In this document: in pieces, positions 55,428 to 64,000 of the stretch | Position numbering within the stretch: the first letter of the stretch is position 1 | Layout: each line of letters starts with the position of its first letter | IMG/VR virus record: IMGVR_UViG_2974666105_000001 | Coordinates: 15,100 to 79,099 of that record | Direction: 5' to 3' (one strand) | DNA from: a virus | Taxonomy: Duplodnaviria; Caudoviricetes | DNA: 64,000 nt | Translations under genes and position numbers: made by a program | Notes under the pieces: generated by a model | What the model saw: only the letters and a program-made list of their open reading frames with translations | What the model was told of the DNA's origin: nothing | Databases searched by the model: none

Positions 55428-55976
55428 ATGGGAAAATCAAGTAGTGAAAACATGGATTTTGTTAATTTTGAAAGGTCAGATCATTTTGCTCAACGTGCAT
55501 TGCAGAGATTTTGCATTGAAAAGAGTGTGCTGTCAAGATGGACTACAAATATATTATCAAACGGGACAAAACAAAAATGTGTTAGCAATAGCCGAGGAAC
55601 AGTATATAGTGTAGTATATCACGAAGTGAAAATAATCGTCTCCCCGAGTACCAGAACTATTGTGACGTGTTATCCTGTAAATAATATTCAATCTTTGTCT
55701 AAGTTGGCCGAAAAAGGTAAGGAAAATGAAGCTACTAGGATGGCAATTGATGCTATCAATCAGGGTATTCAATCTGTTGTACGTAAGAAGAATAAAAAGA
55801 TCAGAGAAATAATCAATGCAATTAAAGACATGGAAGATATTCATGTTAAAACTACCAGAGTTGATTACTACGTGAAACAAGAAAAGCAGATTGATGATAT
55901 GTATAATGTATTAGACAAAGAGATGACGGAAAAACATACTATTTCAGATGTGTTACAAAACATTCATATTTATTAA
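55428..55976 (+). CDS. Hypothetical protein (N-terminus RelE-like/DUF4258-like)
   Basis: SDHFAQRALQRF...IIVSP.TRTIVTCYP. Confidence 0.55.
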   Translation: MGKSSSENMDFVNFERSDHFAQRALQRFCIEKSVLSRWTTNILSNGTKQKCVSNSRGTVYSVVYHEVKIIVSPSTRTIVTCYPVNNIQSLSKLAEKGKENEATRMAIDAINQGIQSVVRKKNKKIREIINAIKDMEDIHVKTTRVDYYVKQEKQIDDMYNVLDKEMTEKHTISDVLQNIHIY

Positions 55977-56059
55977 CATAATGTTAATATTTCTGAAACG
56001 GTTTTGAAACATTGGTGTGTTATAATGGTATTTAAAATAAGAAAGAGGTTTTTAATTAT

Positions 56060-56665
56060 ATGAAGAAAAGTGTTATTTTAACAGGGCTATCGTTGGCAGT
56101 TGGATTAATCATCGGTGGGGCATCTGTATCAGCTAATACGGTCACTGTGCAAGCTGGAGATACGGTTGCGGAAATTGCAAGTCAGAATGGTACCACGATT
56201 CAACAAATTGTGAACCAAAACAATTTACAAAACCCAAATCTGATTTATGTTGGGGATAAGATTGTCATCCCAGGTGGTAACAGCGCAGCCACTAGTAGCT
56301 CAGTTGCTAGTGAAACAGTTGCTAATGGAACTACGGCGACAAACCAACAACCACAACAAAGCACGAAATCAAGCGATCAAAATAACTATCAATCAGTAAG
56401 TGCTACAAGTGGCACGTTATCACCATCAGAAAAACAAGCTGTTGTCAACCAAATGGAACAGCGCACTGGCGTGAGTGCATCTGAATGGTCACATATTATT
56501 TATCGTGAATCACGAGATCAGGTTCATGCGTCAAATCCTTCCAGTACAGCTACAGGATTATTTCAAACTCTCGTAGGTGGCGAAGGCGATGTTCAATCTC
56601 AAATTGACAATGCGGTTAATTTGTATCAAAAGCAAGGCATGCAAGCCTGGGCATTAACTAACTAG
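56060..56665 (+). CDS. Secreted LysM-domain lytic transglycosylase-like protein
   Basis: Signal peptide; LysM TVQAGDTV..IA...NPNLIYVGDKI; IIYRES...NP.STATGLFQ...GMQAW. Confidence 0.9.
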   Translation: MKKSVILTGLSLAVGLIIGGASVSANTVTVQAGDTVAEIASQNGTTIQQIVNQNNLQNPNLIYVGDKIVIPGGNSAATSSSVASETVANGTTATNQQPQQSTKSSDQNNYQSVSATSGTLSPSEKQAVVNQMEQRTGVSASEWSHIIYRESRDQVHASNPSSTATGLFQTLVGGEGDVQSQIDNAVNLYQKQGMQAWALTN

Positions 56666-56672
56666 ATCTACT

Positions 56673-56698
56673 AGACACGCAAAGCGTGTCTTTTTTTT
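56673..56698 (+). terminator. Intrinsic terminator
   Basis: AGACACGC-AAA-GCGTGTCT then T run. Confidence 0.85.
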
Positions 56699-56748
56699 GT
56701 TGACAAAATACTAAACTGGCGTATACTTAATTATTAGGAGGAATTAGT

Positions 56749-57015
56749 ATGATTTTGAATAGAGGACCGATTGGGACAAGCTTGAGCAATTTAGCAGATG
56801 TATATATATTTGAAAACCCGCCTAAATATTGGGATGAATTGTTGGCGAAAATGACAACTACTGCAAAGACTGGACACAGACAGATAGTTATTGACGATGA
56901 AGATACGATTATTGACATTTTACACAATGTTGATCAGTATGAGACTCTTTGTAAAATCGAGATTATTAAATTTGATTTTGACGAGGATGAAGAATATGCC
57001 TATTTTGGGTGGTAA
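56749..57015 (+). CDS. Hypothetical protein
   Basis: AGGAGG RBS; promoter TTGACA...TATACT near 56700-56727. Confidence 0.65.
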   Translation: MILNRGPIGTSLSNLADVYIFENPPKYWDELLAKMTTTAKTGHRQIVIDDEDTIIDILHNVDQYETLCKIEIIKFDFDEDEEYAYFGW

Positions 57016-57194
57016 CGAAAAAGTGACATCGTTATAAGCCATCTAAGAAGCTTTAAAAATATAAATGATTAATTATACACAGATGGAATTAAAGTTTCTT
57101 AGGTGGCTTGATATTAGCCAATACGGTTATTGTGGACACACCATGGTGATTTTTTACCAATAAAATGTGTATTTTACACAACAGGAGGATATTG

Positions 57195-57476
57195 ATGAAG
57201 TATTTAGTTAAAGATGAATATTACGACTTAAAAGACGAAGATAAGGTTTTACACTCGGTTTATCGTTTAGTTGATAATGAAACACCATCGGGAGAAATTT
57301 TGGGCGATCTCGCTGAAATGATGCTTCCAGAATATCAACATGACAAATGGGAAGAGTTGTTTCAAGAAGACAAAGTCGGCTGTGGAACATCAGAGGTTTA
57401 CGAGTTTGTCGATGGAAAAACAGTTGGTGAAAATTTGATTAGTGTTGTGATGAAAGAGGGCGCTTATATTGAGTAA
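57195..57476 (+). CDS. Hypothetical acidic protein
   Basis: AGGAGG RBS before MKYLVK. Confidence 0.65.
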   Translation: MKYLVKDEYYDLKDEDKVLHSVYRLVDNETPSGEILGDLAEMMLPEYQHDKWEELFQEDKVGCGTSEVYEFVDGKTVGENLISVVMKEGAYIE

Positions 57477-57657
57477 AACATCAAAAGTAATCATTACGGT
57501 GTGGGTGACTGCTATGGCATTGGGCTTTGTTGCTCTTATCATAGGCGGACTTTTATGGCGACCAATCTTATTGCCGGCAATTGCAGTTCTAATGGTCGGA
57601 ATGGTATTAGAAATGTCTGCTATGATATTCGTACTTATAAAAGATCTATGGTTTTAA
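57469..57657 (+). CDS. Two-TM membrane protein
   Basis: Hydrophobic. Confidence 0.6.
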   Translation: MSKTSKVIITVWVTAMALGFVALIIGGLLWRPILLPAIAVLMVGMVLEMSAMIFVLIKDLWF

Positions 57658-57758
57658 AAATGTGTTGACTTACAAAATGTAGTATGCTAACATATATCTT
57701 GTAGGGAAATGAAAAAACACAAACTTCCAAGTTACAGGAGCGCCAACTCCTGTATATT

Positions 57759-57832
57759 GCGTCCTTAGCTCAAATGGATAGAGCAGGAATCTTCTAAATT
57801 TCAGGTTGTCGGATCGTACCCGACAGGACGCA
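57759..57832 (+). tRNA. tRNA-Arg(TCT)
   Basis: GCGTCCT...GGAAT-CTTCTAA-ATTTC...AGGACGC A; atypical T-loop ATCGTAC. Confidence 0.88.
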
Positions 57833-57834
57833 TA

Positions 57835-57917
57835 GCGGGATTAAGATAACGGTAGTCTATCGGGGTGCGCACAGTAAAACTGGCCCGAAAGCGCTGGTTC
57901 GACTCCAGAGTCCCGCG
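57835..57917 (+). tRNA. tRNA-like gene with a 19-nt anticodon loop (12-nt insertion)
   Basis: Acceptor GCGGGAT/GTCCCGC, D arm AGAT/GTCT, stem TCGGG/CCCGA, T arm GCTGG-TTCGACT-CCAGA; loop GTGCGCACAGTAAAACTGG. Confidence 0.7.
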
Positions 57918-57921
57918 TAAC

Positions 57922-57994
57922 GTGTCCTTAGTATAATTGGATAAAACACATGGCTCCTACCCATGAGATGACAGTTCAATTCTGTCAGGACACA
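57922..57994 (+). tRNA. tRNA-Arg(CCT)
   Basis: GTGTCCT...CATGG-CTCCTAC-CCATG...AGGACAC A. Confidence 0.88.
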
Positions 57995-58020
57995 TATTAA
58001 AATATATTGGAGGAATTTTA

Positions 58021-58251
58021 ATGGAAGATACCGATGAAATGCTATATCAGGCCACCAAAGCAGCTAATGGTTTTGATTGGTCGTTTGATCTGAGAGCAGC
58101 GATTGAATACTATGCTGATGTTTATATGACATCTCATGATGAAGCGATCAAAAACGGTAAAACAGAAGAAGAATCATCGCGAGTTGCTCGCAATGTGTTA
58201 ATTACGATGATGGAATACGGCGACCAGATTAATGGTGATACCGATGAATAA
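58021..58251 (+). CDS. Hypothetical protein
   Basis: GGAGG RBS. Confidence 0.65.
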   Translation: MEDTDEMLYQATKAANGFDWSFDLRAAIEYYADVYMTSHDEAIKNGKTEEESSRVARNVLITMMEYGDQINGDTDE

Positions 58252-58471
58252 TAAAGTGTGGGTTGTGACATACGTTAATGTTGATGGTAATTATCCAGGA
58301 GATCCAGTAATAACCGTATTTAAAAATAGAAGTGATGCCATGCAAAAACTTTATTTTTATACGCGTGGCGAGGGCACAGAACAAATTAATGGATTAGATG
58401 GTGATTTAGAGTATACTTATCACGACAAGAATTTTGTGGTAAAATGTACGAAAAGGATTGTGTTTGTCTAA
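58232..58471 (+). CDS. Hypothetical protein
   Basis: Overlap-coupled. Confidence 0.6.
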   Translation: MVIPMNNKVWVVTYVNVDGNYPGDPVITVFKNRSDAMQKLYFYTRGEGTEQINGLDGDLEYTYHDKNFVVKCTKRIVFV

Positions 58472-58514
58472 AATCACACTTTTATTTGTAAATAATAAGT
58501 AAAAATCATATTTT

Positions 58515-58811
58515 ATGAGTGAGGTGATACTATTGGATGCGACAATTGATAAAAAAAGTAAGTTTAGATCAATCAGAGACTTATTGTTTGGTGATAAAGA
58601 GAGTCCAGAAGTCTTCGTATTGAGTATTGTAAGTAACAATAATGTCACCAATACTGTATTTAAAGATTATAAACTCGCATATCATGAGTTCACACACATG
58701 TTAAATGATTATAATGCGTCAATTTATTTTGATTCAGAAACGTCAAAAGAAGCATTTAATAGTGATGGAATCAAAATACAACTACAAAAAAGAGCCTTAA
58801 TTGGAGGGTAA
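58515..58811 (+). CDS. Hypothetical protein
   Basis: Operon context. Confidence 0.55.
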   Translation: MSEVILLDATIDKKSKFRSIRDLLFGDKESPEVFVLSIVSNNNVTNTVFKDYKLAYHEFTHMLNDYNASIYFDSETSKEAFNSDGIKIQLQKRALIGG

Positions 58812-58814
58812 ATA

Positions 58815-59102
58815 ATGAGTGTTGAAATTAAAATTGCCAAGAATTGGACGATTAAAAATGATCCAAGAAGTAGTGCTGGACTAACATTACAAAAGTATGG
58901 TGATAAGAACAAGAATAAAAAACAGTTTTACTTTCCATCTATCGATTACGCACTTGCGTTTTGTGCAAGATATGTAATCAACAAAGACAAGGAAAAGGTA
59001 AAAACTTTAGATCAATATTTGGAAAAATATAGAGATCTGTATGATCATATGCACTCACAATTTATCAAGAAAGAAGTTGTCCCAACTGATGAAAAAAAAT
59101 AA
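58815..59102 (+). CDS. Hypothetical protein
   Basis: GGAGG RBS; YFPSIDYAL motif. Confidence 0.65.
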   Translation: MSVEIKIAKNWTIKNDPRSSAGLTLQKYGDKNKNKKQFYFPSIDYALAFCARYVINKDKEKVKTLDQYLEKYRDLYDHMHSQFIKKEVVPTDEKK

Positions 59103-59409
59103 CAAATATTCGAGATACAATTCTTTTTTGAATGGGGGGGTGTCTCGTAAGCGTTGGAACTTTGCTCATGGAAATTATAATATTTCTAGCGGTGAAACAT
59201 TTGCTACATTCTACAAGTCAGTAGAAAAGAGTGGGATTGTTGTTGATCTTGGAAGCGGATATAGCGTAGCAATCACAGACGACATTGTTGATGATTATTC
59301 CAGAAAAGATGTACTTGCTGTATATGCAGTTCTTCAAGCAACTGGATTTAACGACCAAGAAATTGGTAAGATTATTGATGATCACATGAAAAAGTTAGGG
59401 GCACAATAA
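59089..59409 (+). CDS. Hypothetical protein
   Basis: Overlap-coupled. Confidence 0.55.
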   Translation: MKKNNKYSRYNSFLNGGVSRKRWNFAHGNYNISSGETFATFYKSVEKSGIVVDLGSGYSVAITDDIVDDYSRKDVLAVYAVLQATGFNDQEIGKIIDDHMKKLGAQ

Positions 59410-59736
59410 ATGTTAAAAAACAATGAATATCTTAACGAACGAATTGCAGATATTTTACAAGAAATTCCGATTGACTTTTTCTTTCTTTCTCCCGGAGAAA
59501 AGATTATCCGTAGGGACAACCATCAAATTATGTTGAGCGAAATAACAAAAGATTTACTTTTGGAAAAAGAGCTAATCAAAGATGATAGTGAAACAAAAAG
59601 TAATACTTTAATCGTTAAAAATATTCCAGATGGGTTTGCTTACATGGGAAATATTTTCTCGGATGTTTATGCTGTGAACGATAAGGAAATCGAACTCGGA
59701 AACACTGGAGACATTGTGCTATTTTATGTAAAATAA
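59410..59736 (+). CDS. Hypothetical protein
   Basis: Abuts the previous stop. Confidence 0.55.
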   Translation: MLKNNEYLNERIADILQEIPIDFFFLSPGEKIIRRDNHQIMLSEITKDLLLEKELIKDDSETKSNTLIVKNIPDGFAYMGNIFSDVYAVNDKEIELGNTGDIVLFYVK

Positions 59737-59896
59737 TTATGAATTATGGTTTACTTTCTCTGACATATGTGTTATTATTACTTTATAGTAAGAATAACAA
59801 TCGATTGAGGGGCGTTTCTAAAAAGGAATGTCTCTTTTTTTTGTGTTGATAAAAACACCATTTGATGATATAATTATTGCATTGGGAGGAAATCTA

Positions 59897-62408
59897 ATGA
59901 ACAAACAAGAACTAATTGAATATGGTTATGGCAACCTACACGGACATACTGACTTATCTAGTAACCTGAGACTGCTAGACAGCTCAATCACCGTAAAAGA
60001 GATGCTGGATTATAGTACAAAAATTGGAATGAAAGCAATTTCATTTACTGGACACGAAGCCTTGTCCGATCATATTAAAGCAGAAAGATATTACCATAGT
60101 AACCCAGAAAAGTTTAAAAACATCAAGCTTGTTTTGGGAAATGAAATTTACTTGGTTGATCATGATGAAATGCAAAAAGCAGAAGATAACAATGAAAAGT
60201 TCAGATTCAATCACTTCCTGTTGAATGCAATTGACAAAAAAGGACACGACTTTTTACAAAAACAGTCTTCGTTGGCGTGGTCACATTATCATCGTTATCG
60301 TAGTATGGAACGTGTACCAAGTTATTATGATGAAGTTGAAAGTCTGATGAATAGTGGAGACTACAAGGGGCACGTAATTGCGTCAACCGCTTGTCTGGGG
60401 TCTTTTACATCACAAGAAATCTTGGCGTATCAACAAGATAACGACAAATCGCACTTTGAAAATGTTAAAAACATGATCTTGTGGATGGTAAAAGTATTTG
60501 GAAAAGAGAATGTCTTTCTTGAACTTATGCCAAGTCACCACGAAGAACAGATTATCGTAAATAATTGGTTGCGAAAAATCAGTGCTAAAATGAATATTCC
60601 GTATATTATTACTACTGATGCTCATTATTTAAATGAAGCTCAACGTCCAGTCCATAGTGCGCTACTGCTTTCAAGAAACTCTGATCGCGACTTAACTGCA
60701 TATGATACGGCTCACTTGTTTAGTGTAGAGGAACTGTTTGAGTTCTTTGATGATGATGTATTAACCAATGCCTTTAAAGCATTGCACGGAATTTTTGACA
60801 GGATTGAAGATTATACACTAGAGCATTCTCCAATTGTTCCAGAGGGTCGCATTCCAGAATTTGAAGATCCAAAATATGGCGATTTCTACCGTGGGAAAGA
60901 GTTAAAAAACATCAAAACGATGGTAGATAGCAAGTACAAGACCGACAGATATTTAATGAGGTTGGCACTTGATGGATTGAAAAAACACAGTTTGGCTGAT
61001 AAGGAAGAATACCTTGAACGATTGGATCTTGAAGTTGGAGAATTAGTCAAGATTACTCACAACATCGGTCAGCCTATGAGTTCTTACTTTATTGCTCAAC
61101 ATGACTTTGTTAATATTATGTGGTCTCAAAGTTTGGTTGGACCCGGACGTGGTAGCTCTTCGTGCTGGTTGCTAAACTACTTAATTGGATTAACACAAGT
61201 TGATGCTCTTAAGTACAAGTTGCCTCATTATCGTTTTCTATCAGCAGAACGTGTCACTGAAAACAAAGCATCAAACTATCCCGACATCGATACAGATTCA
61301 GAAGGAACTAAACGTAGTAATATTATCGAAAAAATTAGAGAAATCTATGGCAAAGATAAAGTCTTGAATTTTTCCACTTTTAGCACAATTAAAACACGTA
61401 GTGCTATTCAATATGCTGGACGTGGACTTAACATTGATCGTCCAGAGATTGACTATATTGTAAGCTTACTGCCAGCGGATGGACACAATGAATGGCCAAT
61501 TACGGATGCACTTCTTGGAAATGATAAAGAAGACCGCAAACCATCAAAGAAGCTGACAGAAGAGGTCTCTAAATATCCAAAGTTGAAAGAGACAATTCTC
61601 GGACTGTTTGGGCTTGTCGTTGGTAGAAGCGAACACGCTTCTGGTGTATTAATTGCTAATGATTCTTATACTGCTCACAATGCTTTGATGTATACTCCAA
61701 AGGGAATTGCTGTTACACAATTTGAAGCAGATGATTCTGAATATGCTGGCATGATCAAGTTTGATTTTTTATCCTTGTCTGCTTTAGATAAGATTCATTC
61801 AGCCATTGATATGTTAGTGAGAGATCATAAGATTGAAAAACAAGGCTCACTACATCAAACCTACATGAAATACTTTGGTCCAGAAGCACTCGATATGACA
61901 AATGTGGACATGTACAAGATGCTATTCAATGGAGATGTCATCGATGCTTTTGAATTTAGCTCATCCGTTGGCTATAAGACGCTACGCAAATTGAATGCTC
62001 GCGATTATTTAGCCTTGGTATCTGCTAATGGTCTTATGAGACTAACTGGTGGTGACGATGATGAATTGGCGCTTGACAGATACATTCGCTATCAGAACAA
62101 CCCTGATGATTGGGACAAAGACATGGACAGCGCAGGTCTTAATGGCGATGAAAAACGATTGATGCACGAACTACTTGATGATTACAAAGGCGTTAATAAC
62201 TCACAGGAGCGATTGATGCAGATGGTTCTTAAGATCGCTGGCTATTCATTAGAAGAAGCTAACAAGTTGCGTAAGTCAATTGCTAAAAAAGATAAAAAGA
62301 AACAAGAAGAACAACACGTATTTTTCTTGAAGAAAGCTAAATCATATGGATTACGCGACGAGTTTGCAAACTATATCTGGGACAAACAAATCGCTATTCA
62401 ATCTGGGT
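59897..62408 (+). CDS. dnaE: DNA polymerase III alpha subunit, exon 1 (PHP + polymerase core)
   Basis: LHGHTD, FTGHE, ITTDAHY, GPGRGSS, YPDIDTD, RSEHASG, KFDFLSL motifs; GGGAGG RBS before ATG 59897. Confidence 0.95.
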
Positions 62409-62747
62409 GGACAGAAGCACGCCCTTTCTAATTGAACGCAGACCAGCGGTGTCGGATTTTATCCGGCTAACGGTATCAGCAAAATAAGACAGCGAGGATA
62501 GATGTAATAACTCACGATACTCGCATTTAAAAATGACGAATAAGCTGACTAAGAAACTCTAAGTCCTCAATGGATAGCCGAGAATACCGTGCTAAGCCCT
62601 TAAATGGGAATGTTTAGAGACTATCTCCTTGATAGGAGAGTACGCCACCTATTGGTACGGTGGTGGAAGTGGTTAGACAAAATATTGTATCCATGATATT
62701 TTGAAGATATAGTCCGTGCCTGTATGAAAATATAGGATTACACAATG
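62409..62747 (+). mobile_element. Group I intron (IA-type), 339 nt, no homing ORF
   Basis: P1 GGGT|...GCCC with U.G; P10 AGAAG/CTTTT; P4 ACGGTAT/ATACCGT; R GTTTAGAGACTA; S GAAGATATAGTCC; P9 CCTGTAT-GAAA-ATATAGG; ends AATG. Confidence 0.9.
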
Positions 62748-64000
62748 CTTTTAGTGTATCACACTCACTACCATACACGCTTGTACTAATGGTTGAAATG
62801 AATATTTGTAAACGATTCGATCCCGTCTATTGGCAAACAGCAGTGCTATCAGTAAACGCCAAAACATATGGAGATGAATTATCAAACCCAGATTACAATA
62901 AGCTCGCTACTGCAATTGGACAGCTTCCAAAAGGGCTGGTCATATATCCAGATATTAATGACAGTGAGGTTGGATTTGTACCTCAAATTAATGGACAATC
63001 AAAACACATTCTGCTTGGACTTAATGCGATTTCTGGAATCGGAGAACAAGAAATAAATGAAATCATTGAAAAACGTCCCTATACGTCACTTGATGATTTT
63101 ATGAACAGAAGCTCAGACGTCTTCTCAACAAAAAAGATGATCCTATTAATTAAGTCTGGCGCTTTAAATTGCTTTGATGAAAATAGACGAAAACTGATGA
63201 TTAACTATATCTCGAAGATCGTTGAGCCAAAGAAGAAATTGACGACTGTTCAAATTAAAAAAATTGGTAACTATATTCCAAAAGAATTTGAGAATCAAAA
63301 GAATGCTTATCTAATGAAAGACTATGTTAAAAACAACAAAACATTGTATGATAGTCCAATTGGACGATGGTTTTTAAATGTTGTTAAGCCACTTATTTCT
63401 CACTATGAGAATGAACTTAGAAATAAGCCAGAAGGAGACTTTTGGAGCATTGAATATGGTAAAATTATCATAGATTCAAAACGTTATAGTAAGTGGTTTA
63501 ATGAGTATTCTAAGCCACTTAAAGATTGGCTGAAAACGGATGAAGCTATTAATATTGAAAGAAAGGTTAGATGCTCTGAAATTTGGAAGAAAGAGTGCCA
63601 AGGAAACCCAGAGCACTGGGTATTTGAAGCCTTAAACTTCTATCCAGAAAAACATGAACTTGAAGTATCGAATTTATGGAGCCAACTGCCATACAAATCT
63701 TTTAACGATCTAAGTCCAGAACCAAAACTAGTCAAAACAGTTAAGTCAAAAAACGGACGGGAGTTCAATATTTATCACACATATATTATCGCTGGTACAA
63801 TTGTTGCAAAGAACAATGTAAAATCAACTGTTAGTTTACTAACTCCAGATGGACTTGCGATTGTATCTCTTGGCAGAAACACATATTCTAAGATCGGTAA
63901 AAAGAAATGGTGGGAAAAGGAAAAAATAGAAAGTGCATTTCAGATAGTTGGTTAGAGCGGGGCGAGATGCTCGTGGTGACTGGCTATCGGCAACAGGATT
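62748..64000 (+). CDS. dnaE: DNA polymerase III alpha, exon 2 (HhH and OB fold); apparent -1 frameshift near 63899; runs off window
   Basis: SFSVSHSLPY...YWQTAVL, GLNAISGIG, LIKSGA, IAGTIVAKN; stop at 63955 but the -1 frame continues ISDSWLERGEMLVVTGYR. Confidence 0.9.

Noticed and set aside
1-64000. Lysogeny module, inteins, reverse transcriptase/DGR
   Set aside because: No integrase, repressor, intein motifs or RT motifs recognised in this window

Overview
About 64 kb of a large tailed (siphovirus-type) phage genome, probably lytic and probably infecting a Lactobacillaceae/Firmicute host. The host is inferred from gene content and strong Gram-positive RBSs; no integrase or repressor is seen. 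Layout: (1) 1-17.5 kb, minus strand, late morphogenesis operon: Dit start, tape measure, tail chaperones, major tail, head-tail joiners, FN3 protein, HK97-type capsid/protease/portal, TerL, TerS, HNH, with a 1-kb tRNA/structured-RNA cluster between terS and terL. (2) 17.8-20.1 kb, small plus-strand genes. (3) 21-24.8 kb, a minus-strand block of small genes, most with their own sigma70 promoter, flanked by two low-complexity strand-skewed non-coding regions. (4) 25.9-43.5 kb, minus-strand accessory and replication genes (HNHs, Tad2-like, RecJ-like, primase, DnaB-like helicase, deoxynucleoside kinase). (5) 43.6-44.4 kb, a large structured ncRNA (ROOL-like). (6) 44.5-64 kb, plus strand: SSB, Sak4-like, nuclease, PnuC-like, NrdH, two methyltransferases, an orphan MazF, LysM-transglycosylase, Arg tRNAs and a DNA Pol III alpha split by a group I intron. 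Most interesting signal: nine intergenic positions in the late/tRNA region carry a hairpin followed closely by TACATA on the transcribed strand. This contains UACAU, the cleavage motif of Firmicute MazF enzymes, and the phage encodes an antitoxin-less MazF, which suggests toxin-driven programmed processing of the late transcript. Also notable: tRNA-shaped RNAs with expanded anticodon arms, +1 frameshift candidates at CCC-A, and probable ATT/ATC start codons. All analysis was by eye. Several apparent frameshifts sit in homopolymers and may be sequencing errors.
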